Assembly (NCBI GenBank): GCA_025350905.1
Contig: JANXWY010000207.1
Coordinates: 7,747-71,746 of the forward strand
DNA length: 64,000 bases
Source of the DNA: Verrucomicrobiota bacterium
GTDB lineage: Bacteria; Verrucomicrobiota; Verrucomicrobiia; Limisphaerales; JADLHS01
Reading direction: 5' to 3'
Part shown: in pieces, positions 46,686 to 53,926 of the stretch
How the letters are laid out: every line of letters begins with the position of its first letter
Numbering within the stretch: position 1 is the first letter of the stretch
Position numbers and translations under genes: made by a program
Notes under the pieces: model-generated
Told to the model about the DNA's origin: nothing
Seen by the model: only the letters and a program-made list of their open reading frames with translations
The model's database searches: none

Positions 46686-48932
46686 TCAAACGCTTGGGTC
46701 GACGCCCACGGCTGGTGTCCCAGACCATTTCAATGGTGATCGACTGACCTGAAGGGTGGCCAGCACCACCTGCGCCTGCGTCGGATCGTTCAGGCAAAGG
46801 GCGCCTTCGCGAATTCTCGCCACCGGCTCACCTTCGAGGCGCAGCGGGAATTGTCGCGTCAATGTACCGGCGTACGCCAAGAAATCTTCACTGCCTTCCG
46901 CCTGTGCTTGCTTGCGACTGACCAACCGAAAAAAACCATGACTGCCGGGTGCCACGTGCTTCATCAACTCCACCATCAACCGGCCCATCGTGTAACGCGG
47001 GTTGATCTCGACAATTGGTTTTAGCCGACACTCACCGGCGCCGGTGCGATACACGAACGCATCCACGCCCACCGGCCCCAAAAAGCCCACCAGCCGCAAC
47101 TCCCCTTCGAGCAACGCAAAGAGGTCCGCGTACAGCCGGTGCAGGCGGGTGGCGATGTCCGGAGGCGCGAGGAAAAGTGAAATCACCCGGGCGGGGAGGC
47201 GCCGCTCAAATTTGGGCGCGGCCCAATTGCCCTGAAACTGGCCTTTGCCATCGGTGAGGAGGCCGGTGTAACCGCAGAGCTTCAATCCGTCCGGCGTCAT
47301 TTCCAATTGCACGGAGAAATCCTGCACCCGTGCCAGCCACGGCTCGACCACGAGGAGATGCTGGCTCGCCACGGCCTTCTCAATCCAGCGTTGCTGCGAT
47401 TCCAACAGCTCCGGCTCGAACAGCCGGATCGCGTTGCCGCCGGCGAGGCCCAGCGCTTGTTTGATCACTATCGGGTGGTGGCCGCGCCGACGAATCGCCG
47501 CGATGGCGGCTTGTGCGCCCTCGAGCGAGTCCACCGTCACCCCGACTTCTTGTTCGGTGCAGAGCCCGCTTGAATCAAATCGCGCGTGGGGCTCGTCACC
47601 CGGTGCGCGCTGAACGCTGGGCAGCGCACCGCCCGCCTGAGTTAGCTGAAGAAATTTCCGCAGCAACGCGGCACTCCAGGCCTTCGAGTAAAGCTGCGCG
47701 ATTTCCGGATTGAAACTCCCGTTGGCCGTGCGTTGTTCGCCGGTGAGGTTGGCGAATAATGGCTCGAGCAGCTCGACGCTGTCCGGCCCCCACGCCCAGG
47801 GGCGCAAACGGCCGAGCTTGCGTTGGGCGAGACCGGATATTCCCCTCACCCCGTCCTTCTCCCCATCTGATGAGGAGAGGGTGGCCGCCGGACGAGTGAG
47901 GGGTTGCTTCATTTCCACGAACTCCGGCAAGGCGAAGCCGGCCTGTTTGAGGCCGCGCAGAAATTCAACCGACGGTCGGCGTTCCACCAGCACCAGGTCA
48001 TCCTGCCGGCCAAGAAACTGCGGCAGGTTCTCGAGGTCGCGGGCGAGTTGAGCCTGATGCTTCGCGGGATTGAACGCCCGCCCCTCCGTCATGCGGGCTT
48101 CGGCAAACGGATTAAAAAGAAAAACGCCTGGCGTCCGACCCTTCGATTGCGAATAAACGTCCAGCTCCGCGATGAACGCCGCGTCCAAACCCGCCGCCCG
48201 CCGGCCGGCCACATTCAAGGACAATCCTTTGGCCCGGCTCGGCGACAGCGGATATTTCAACTGGCGACAAAACGCCTCCCAATCACTCTCCGTCGGATTC
48301 TTCCAACGCCGAAACCATTTCAGTCCATAGGCGACGTGGCCAATTTCGTCGTGGTAAATTTTTTGCAACAGCCGGGCCGAATCCGCGTCGCCAACGTCGG
48401 CGAAGCAGGCGGAAAAGTGACGGGCAAAATCCAGATTCGCCTGCTCGAAAGTCAGGCTCAGTCCCGCCACGTAATCCATTGGGCTTTCCATGCCAGACAC
48501 CGCCCGCCAGAAATAGCCGCTCACCGGGATCGAGCCGAACTCGATCCCACACCCCCGCATCCGATCCAGGTAGAGGCGCGTGTGTTCCTGTTCGTCCTTG
48601 AGCGTTTCAAACACGCCCTTGCGGAACGCGGCCGGCGCATCCGGGAACTTTAACAGCACGAGCGCCATCAATTCCGTCGCGAGCAATTCGTGATTGGCAA
48701 AGAAATGCAACAGGCGGCCGCGTTCGTGGGCTTGTTCCAAATGGCGCGGGCCGGGAAATTCCCCGCGCGCCGAGCCGGTGGGTTTGAAGTTCAATTCGCG
48801 CGGGCGGCCAGGTGCGGCGGGCGTGACGATGGCCGGACCGGGCTGTTCGTCGGTAACGCCGTCGGGTGTCTGGAGTTTTTCCTCCAGTGAGGTGGCGAAT
48901 AAAACGCGCTCAGCAAATTCCCGCAGTTCCAT
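46686..48932 (-). CDS. Fusion protein: N-terminal DUF455-like ferritin-fold (putative diiron) domain + pre-ATP-grasp/ATP-grasp ligase domain
   Basis: Start at MELREFAERV. Carboxylate/His motifs FANHELLATE, KDEQEHTRLY, TFEQANLD, HDEIGHVAYG. C-terminal half has HHPIVIKQALGLAGGNAIRLF, LLVVEPWL, VGVDAFVY, KPIVEINPRYTMG (ATP-grasp-like). Confidence 0.8.
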   Translation of the reverse strand: MELREFAERVLFATSLEEKLQTPDGVTDEQPGPAIVTPAAPGRPRELNFKPTGSARGEFPGPRHLEQAHERGRLLHFFANHELLATELMALVLLKFPDAPAAFRKGVFETLKDEQEHTRLYLDRMRGCGIEFGSIPVSGYFWRAVSGMESPMDYVAGLSLTFEQANLDFARHFSACFADVGDADSARLLQKIYHDEIGHVAYGLKWFRRWKNPTESDWEAFCRQLKYPLSPSRAKGLSLNVAGRRAAGLDAAFIAELDVYSQSKGRTPGVFLFNPFAEARMTEGRAFNPAKHQAQLARDLENLPQFLGRQDDLVLVERRPSVEFLRGLKQAGFALPEFVEMKQPLTRPAATLSSSDGEKDGVRGISGLAQRKLGRLRPWAWGPDSVELLEPLFANLTGEQRTANGSFNPEIAQLYSKAWSAALLRKFLQLTQAGGALPSVQRAPGDEPHARFDSSGLCTEQEVGVTVDSLEGAQAAIAAIRRRGHHPIVIKQALGLAGGNAIRLFEPELLESQQRWIEKAVASQHLLVVEPWLARVQDFSVQLEMTPDGLKLCGYTGLLTDGKGQFQGNWAAPKFERRLPARVISLFLAPPDIATRLHRLYADLFALLEGELRLVGFLGPVGVDAFVYRTGAGECRLKPIVEINPRYTMGRLMVELMKHVAPGSHGFFRLVSRKQAQAEGSEDFLAYAGTLTRQFPLRLEGEPVARIREGALCLNDPTQAQVVLATLQVSRSPLKWSGTPAVGVDPSV
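47842..47903. repeat. REP-like nested palindrome embedded in-frame in the interdomain linker of 46686..48932
   Basis: CCCCTCAC...GTGAGGGG outer arms and CTTCTCCCCATC/GATGAGGAGAGG inner arms (10/12). Translated on the minus strand as ...LSSSDGEKDGVRG... Confidence 0.5.
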
Positions 48933-49156
48933 CGGGCGAAAGCTAGCGATAATTTCGACGTGAGGCGAGAGCGGTCCGACAAGGATCGAAACGGGAAGGG
49001 TTCTCGTTCTTAATCTTAAGCTTCGTCGTATTCTTAATCCCGCTGCCAGATTCCAGCGAAACAAATGCAACGCGATTAGGATTAAGCGTAGGATTCCGAT
49101 TAAGACCGAACAGAACTTCACTTGTCATCCCCGTGATCCGGCGCAACAATTCGCCC

Positions 49157-49669
49157 ATGCAAGCAACTCTCGTGATGACGGTCATTGGGGCGGATCGCAC
49201 TGGGCTGGTGGAATCGGTGGCGCGACTCGTTGCCGAACATGGCGGCAACTGGCTCGAGAGTCGGATGTGCCGACTCGGCGGAGAATTTGCCGGTATCGTC
49301 CGGGTCGCCGTGCCGAAACCCCGGCAGCAGGCCTTGGAAACCGCGCTTGGAGAACTAGCCGGACTCACGATTGTGGTGCACGAGGATGAATCGCCAGCGG
49401 GCGCCGCGCCAGCCGTGTTGGTGTCGTTGGAAGTGGTCGGACAAGACCGACCGGGCATTGTGCGGGAAATCACCCGCGCCCTGAGCGCGCAGGGCATCAA
49501 CGTGGAGGAGTTGGCGACCGAATGTGTCAGCGCGCCAATGTCCGGTGAAACACTGTTTCAAGCGCGGGCAAAGATTCTGGTCCCGGCCGGCGTGGTGCTA
49601 GACAACCTTCGGCAGATGCTTGAAGGCGTTTTGTCGGGGCTGACGGTGGAACTTTCACGGATCAAGTAG
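49157..49669 (+). CDS. GcvR-like tandem ACT-domain regulatory protein
   Basis: MQATLVMTVIGADRTGLVESVARLVAEHGGNWLESRM... and a second unit LEVVGQDRPGIVREITRALSAQGINVEEL. Confidence 0.8.
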   Translation: MQATLVMTVIGADRTGLVESVARLVAEHGGNWLESRMCRLGGEFAGIVRVAVPKPRQQALETALGELAGLTIVVHEDESPAGAAPAVLVSLEVVGQDRPGIVREITRALSAQGINVEELATECVSAPMSGETLFQARAKILVPAGVVLDNLRQMLEGVLSGLTVELSRIK

Positions 49670-49683
49670 GGGAATAGCTGAAC

Positions 49684-50040
49684 ATGGGACTCATCGGATT
49701 TACCTTAATTCGCTTGTTCGTAAATGGTCTTGTTTCGTTTGGTTTTGCCAGCAGCTTGCGCTCAACGGGATTCGCTATTGTTGGCAGCGCAATCGTCACC
49801 GTGATGCTGTTTCTGGTTTGGGCCGCTAATGCGGCAGCAAATGCTACTACGGAGGACCTGCATGACGTTGCTCTCGCGGTGAATATCACGCTCATGTTCA
49901 TGATCCCCACAGCATTTGTGACATCCTCGGGCTTCGTTCTGTTGACCAAGCGCGAACAGAGGAATAATGCCGCACCACCGATGGACTCGGCAAGCAGTGG
50001 CCATGCGGAAGGGGTTAAGACCGGCCCCACAAAACCCTGA
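49684..50040 (+). CDS. Hypothetical small membrane protein (about 3 TM)
   Basis: 118 aa and hydrophobic. Starts 14 nt after the ACT gene. Noticeably lower GC than its neighbours. The overlapping minus-strand ORF 49662..50210 looks non-protein-like. Confidence 0.45.
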   Translation: MGLIGFTLIRLFVNGLVSFGFASSLRSTGFAIVGSAIVTVMLFLVWAANAAANATTEDLHDVALAVNITLMFMIPTAFVTSSGFVLLTKREQRNNAAPPMDSASSGHAEGVKTGPTKP

Positions 50041-50103
50041 CCGAATAAAAAAAGCAGCGACGCATTGCTGGATCGCCGTGCGGAAAGTTCGCCGAACCGC
50101 AAA

Positions 50104-50295
50104 CTACGGGCGCTTCCTGAAACCCCAAATGAGCCAGCCAGCCAGCGCCAGCAGCAAGACAAGCCACCAGAAATATCGCAGCTCGCGCGCCGCCATTTCA
50201 GCAAACGCATACGCCTTCGGGAAAAGCAAAATCAAACCGCCGACCACCCCGACGAGAATGACGATTTGCACGAACGCTCGCCCGCGCGGATTCAT
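50104..50295 (-). CDS. Hypothetical 63-aa two-TM membrane protein coupled to the prohibitin genes
   Basis: An internal Met of ORF 50104..50388 gives an ATGA overlap with the stop of 50292..51107. MNPRGRAFVQIVILVGVVGGLILLF...YFWWLVLLLALAGWLIWGF. Confidence 0.4.
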   Translation of the reverse strand: MNPRGRAFVQIVILVGVVGGLILLFPKAYAFAEMAARELRYFWWLVLLLALAGWLIWGFRKRP

Positions 50296-51107
50296 GGGGC
50301 GGCGGGTGGCGTCGGACCGAGCGGCAACAGCAGACCCGCCGGGGAGCCGGGGTCGGCAGGGATGACCAACGGCGAACGGCCATTCCACTTCTCCACGATT
50401 TGGAGCCGGAGAAACGCGGGGTTGAGCGTGAGCACCTCGCCACGAATGCGAATCGCTTCCGCCTCGCCGCGCGCGCGAATCACCACGGTGTCGGCCTCGA
50501 TCTTGGTTTGCATTTGCACGAACCGCGCCCGGGCCGCTTCCTGCTCGGCCACCATCTTGGCCTCGATCGCCGCTTCCAGTTCATGCGAGAGATCGATGTT
50601 GCGAATGACGATGTCCTCCACGGACAGGAGCGTGCTGATTTTCTGACGCGCGGTAATAATCGTCTTCTGTTTGATTTCCTCCCGGTCGGTGACGATTTGC
50701 ACCGCGGTTCGCGAAGCAGTGACTTCTTTGAGCGCCTCCTGCACCCGCGGGGCAATGAGGCTGTCAAACGGGTCGCCGGCGAATTGCCGGTAAATCTGGA
50801 CGACGGACGCCTCGGGCACCCGGTACAGCACGCGCACGTCCACGATGACTTGTTGCAGGTCGGAGGAAAAACATTCCGCCCGCAAGGTCGAGGTGCGCTG
50901 CTTGACGCTCACCGGCACGATCCGGGTGAGGAAGGGAGTTTTGAGCCCGAAACCTTCCGGGATAAAACCTTCCGTCGCCTTGCCGAGGGTGACTTTGATG
51001 CCGCGCGTGCCGGGTGCCACGACATAGCTCGTGGCCGAGCTGAACACCACGAGGAGAAACACCACCACGGCGGCGGCGATGAGCTTGGCGAGCGTGGGCG
51101 GATTCAT
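50292..51107 (-). CDS. SPFH/Band-7 protein, prohibitin type (paralogue B)
   Basis: N-terminal TM, SPFH core (RGIKVTLGK...LRAECFSSDLQQVIVDVRVLYRV), coiled-coil AAIEAKMVAEQEAARARF. Confidence 0.9.
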   Translation of the reverse strand: MNPPTLAKLIAAAVVVFLLVVFSSATSYVVAPGTRGIKVTLGKATEGFIPEGFGLKTPFLTRIVPVSVKQRTSTLRAECFSSDLQQVIVDVRVLYRVPEASVVQIYRQFAGDPFDSLIAPRVQEALKEVTASRTAVQIVTDREEIKQKTIITARQKISTLLSVEDIVIRNIDLSHELEAAIEAKMVAEQEAARARFVQMQTKIEADTVVIRARGEAEAIRIRGEVLTLNPAFLRLQIVEKWNGRSPLVIPADPGSPAGLLLPLGPTPPAAP

Positions 51108-51970
51108 CGCTTTACCGGGGGGTTGCTGTAGACGCGCGCCGCGCCGACGGGCGCGTTGGTCGGCTGGGCTTGGCGCAGCCGTTCGAGATCCGGCAGGTTC
51201 ATCATGACGTTGTCACCGCGGCCGATGATGAGCGGTGTGATTCCGTCCCAGCGGTCCACGATCTGCAAATCCACAAAGGTCGGGTTCTCCTTGAGCGCCT
51301 GACCACGAATGGCGAAGGATTCCGCCTCGCCCTTGGCTTTGATGACGACGGTGTCGGCTTCAATTTGCGCGCGTTGCTGGATGAACTTGGCCTTCGCCGC
51401 CTCCTGCTCCTGCACCATTTTTTGCTCGATGGCGCGCTCCAGCTCCTTTGACAGCGCGATGTTCTCGATGACGATATCCTCGACCACCAACAGGGGGCCG
51501 ATCTTTTGACGCGTCAATTCCAGCGCCCGGGTCTTGATCTGGTCGCGGTTCTTGACGATTTGTTCGGCGCTTTGCAACGCCGTGACTTCCTTGAGCGCCT
51601 CCTGCACGCGCGGCGAGACCAGGCTTTCAAAAATGTCGCCGCTGTAGCCTTGAAATAATTTCACCACCGAACTTTCGGGGATGCGAAACAATACCTGCAG
51701 TTGCATGATGATCTGCTGCAGGTCGGCGGAGTAGCACTCCGCTTTGTCCTCGGCGGTCTGCTGGCGGATGGAGGTGGGATAAACCGCGGTGATAAAAGGA
51801 ACTTTCAGCCCGAAGCCTTCCGGCTTGAAGGCCTCCGAAACCCGGCCCATGGTCACTTCCACCCCGCGATGACCGGGATGAATCACGTACGTGCCTGAGG
51901 CCGCCATGATGACCACGACAAAGATCAAAATAGCGACACCCACCAACCGGGCGATAGCTTGCGGACTCAT
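51104..51970 (-). CDS. SPFH/Band-7 protein, prohibitin type (paralogue A)
   Basis: Start at MSPQAIARLVGVAILIF. RGVEVTMGR...DKAECYSADLQQIIMQLQVLFRI, RAIEQKMVQEQEAAKAKF. ATGA overlap with paralogue B. Confidence 0.9.
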   Translation of the reverse strand: MSPQAIARLVGVAILIFVVVIMAASGTYVIHPGHRGVEVTMGRVSEAFKPEGFGLKVPFITAVYPTSIRQQTAEDKAECYSADLQQIIMQLQVLFRIPESSVVKLFQGYSGDIFESLVSPRVQEALKEVTALQSAEQIVKNRDQIKTRALELTRQKIGPLLVVEDIVIENIALSKELERAIEQKMVQEQEAAKAKFIQQRAQIEADTVVIKAKGEAESFAIRGQALKENPTFVDLQIVDRWDGITPLIIGRGDNVMMNLPDLERLRQAQPTNAPVGAARVYSNPPVKR

Positions 51971-52107
51971 GCAGCGTTTACCTGACGGGACGGTAATGGG
52001 AGCGACCCGCGAGACAAGACAAATGACACCCCCCCGAACGGCCAAACGTCGCCACCGGCGGCGCCCCGGTCGGGCGGGGAAATTTATTTGACGCGCCCCC
52101 GGTTCTT

Positions 52108-52125
52108 ACCTACCGTTCGGTAGGT
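52108..52125. promoter_or_regulatory. Candidate TetR operator: perfect 18-bp palindrome ACCTACCG-TT-CGGTAGGT
   Basis: Ends 2-3 nt before the TetR ATG (52128). Flanked by a direct GGTTCTT on each side. Confidence 0.5.
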
Positions 52126-52127
52126 TT

Positions 52128-52775
52128 ATGGTTCTTCCGTCCGAAGTCTCCCAGACGCGGCAGCAAATCTTGCGCGCCGCCTTGCGGCGTTTTGCCCATT
52201 GCGGCTACGCGGCCACGTCGGTGATGCAGATCGTCAACGACGCGAAAGTGTCGAAGCCGGCGCTGTATTACTATTTCTCGGACAAAGCCGGCCTGTTCCA
52301 GGCGCTGGTGCATGAAGCGCATGACGAACGGTATCGCCTGTTGCGCGAGGCGGCCGCGCGCGGGCGGGACATCCGGGGGCAGCTGACGGGCATCCTTACC
52401 GTGCTGTTCGACTACTTTCAACAAAACCGTGAGTTGATGCGGATTTCCTTCGCCACCATGTTCGCCGCGCCCGGCGAAGTCCCGCCTGCCGTCTGCCAAG
52501 GTGAGCGCTGCGAGCGCAATTTCGAATTCGTGCATGCCTTGATCCGCCACGCGCAAAAAAGTGGCGAACTGGACCAACGCTTTGACGCCCGGGAAATGGC
52601 CTTCGGCTTCCATGGCCTCTGCAATTTTTTCCTGATGGCGCATCTCGTGATGCCCGGGTGCCAGCCGGATCGCAAATCCGCCCAGCGCGTCGTTGATTTA
52701 TTCCTCCGCGGCGCGGCGGCCCAACCCAAAGCGAAGCGCCCGCGGCGCGCGGCCAAGAAACCCATACGCAAGTAA
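52128..52775 (+). CDS. TetR/AcrR-family transcriptional regulator
   Basis: QQILRAALRRFAHCGYAATSVMQIVNDAKVSKPALYYYFSDKAGLFQAL (TetR_N HTH). Confidence 0.9.
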   Translation: MVLPSEVSQTRQQILRAALRRFAHCGYAATSVMQIVNDAKVSKPALYYYFSDKAGLFQALVHEAHDERYRLLREAAARGRDIRGQLTGILTVLFDYFQQNRELMRISFATMFAAPGEVPPAVCQGERCERNFEFVHALIRHAQKSGELDQRFDAREMAFGFHGLCNFFLMAHLVMPGCQPDRKSAQRVVDLFLRGAAAQPKAKRPRRAAKKPIRK

Positions 52776-52779
52776 AATT

Positions 52780-53910
52780 ATGAAACGAAAAATCCTGTTG
52801 GCGGTGCTCATCGTGATTGCGGTCTTCGCCGGCTTGGCGGGGGTGAAGGCCCTGCAGGTCAAGAAACTCATTGCCTTTGGTGCCGCGTTTGTGCCACCGC
52901 CCGAATCCGTTTCCTCCGCTGTGGCCCGCGAGGAAAAATGGCAGGGCTTCATCAGTTCCATCGGCACCATCGCCGCCGTGCAAGGCGTGACCGTTACGCC
53001 GGATATGCCGGGCACCGTGCGGGAGATCGCCTTCGAATCCGGCGCGGTGGTGAGCAAAGGCGACCTGTTGGTGCGTTTGGACATTTCATCCGAAACCGCC
53101 CAACTGGCCGCCCTGCAGGCGCAGGCCGATCTGGCCCGTTCCAACCTCACGCGCGTGCGCAGCCTGCGGGCCGAGGGCAACGTCTCGCTGTCGGACCTCG
53201 ATACGGCCGAGGCCGCCCTCAAACAGTACGAAGCCAACGCCGACACCGTTCGCGCCACGATTGAAAAGAAAACCATTCGTGCGCCGTTTGCCGGGCGGCT
53301 TGGCATCCGGCTGGTCAACCTGGGCCAGTACCTGGACCTGGGCAAACCGATCGTCTCGCTGCAATCGCTCGCCCCGGTGTATGTGGATTTTTCGCTGCCG
53401 CAACAGGAGCTGGCCAAACTCAAAACCGGCATGCGCGTGCGGCTCGCGTCCGACACGTATCCCGATCGTCGCTTTGCCGGCGAGCTGACCGCGATCAATC
53501 CCGACCTGGACGCGGTGACCCGCAGCGTGGGCCTGCAGGCTACGTTTGGGAACACGAATGAACTTTTGCGCCCCGGCATGTTCGCCCGCGTGGAAGTGCT
53601 GTTGCCCGAAGAACAAAATGTGCTGGTGATTCCGGCCACCTCCGTGCTCAGCGCGCCGTTCGGCGATTCGGTGTACGTTATCGAAACCAACCCTGCGAGT
53701 GCGGGCACGCCGCCGCAACTGGTCGTACACCAGCAATTCATCCGCACCGGCAGCGTGCGCGGCGATTTTGTCAGCGTGGAATCGGGCCTCAAACCGGGCG
53801 ATCGGGTGGCGAGTTCCGGCAAGTTCAAACTACGCAACGGTTTGATCGTGGTGGAGAACAACGAGGTGACACCCAAACCCACCAAGACGCCAAACCCGAC
53901 GGACAGTTAA
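52780..53910 (+). CDS. RND efflux periplasmic adaptor (MFP) 1
   Basis: Internal ATG of ORF 52693..53910. MKRKILLAVLIVIAVFAGLAG, lipoyl/hairpin/beta-barrel pattern (IRAPFAGRLGIR). Confidence 0.85.
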   Translation: MKRKILLAVLIVIAVFAGLAGVKALQVKKLIAFGAAFVPPPESVSSAVAREEKWQGFISSIGTIAAVQGVTVTPDMPGTVREIAFESGAVVSKGDLLVRLDISSETAQLAALQAQADLARSNLTRVRSLRAEGNVSLSDLDTAEAALKQYEANADTVRATIEKKTIRAPFAGRLGIRLVNLGQYLDLGKPIVSLQSLAPVYVDFSLPQQELAKLKTGMRVRLASDTYPDRRFAGELTAINPDLDAVTRSVGLQATFGNTNELLRPGMFARVEVLLPEEQNVLVIPATSVLSAPFGDSVYVIETNPASAGTPPQLVVHQQFIRTGSVRGDFVSVESGLKPGDRVASSGKFKLRNGLIVVENNEVTPKPTKTPNPTDS

Positions 53911-53926
53911 TCCTCAACTAACGCGC

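Noticed and set aside
49684-49710. The N-terminus MGLIGFTLIRL of the 118-aa ORF resembles a prepilin (class III) signal G|FTLIE
   Set aside because: Position +5 is Arg instead of the essential Glu. The leader lacks positive charge, and the protein has several further TM segments. It is not a pilin.
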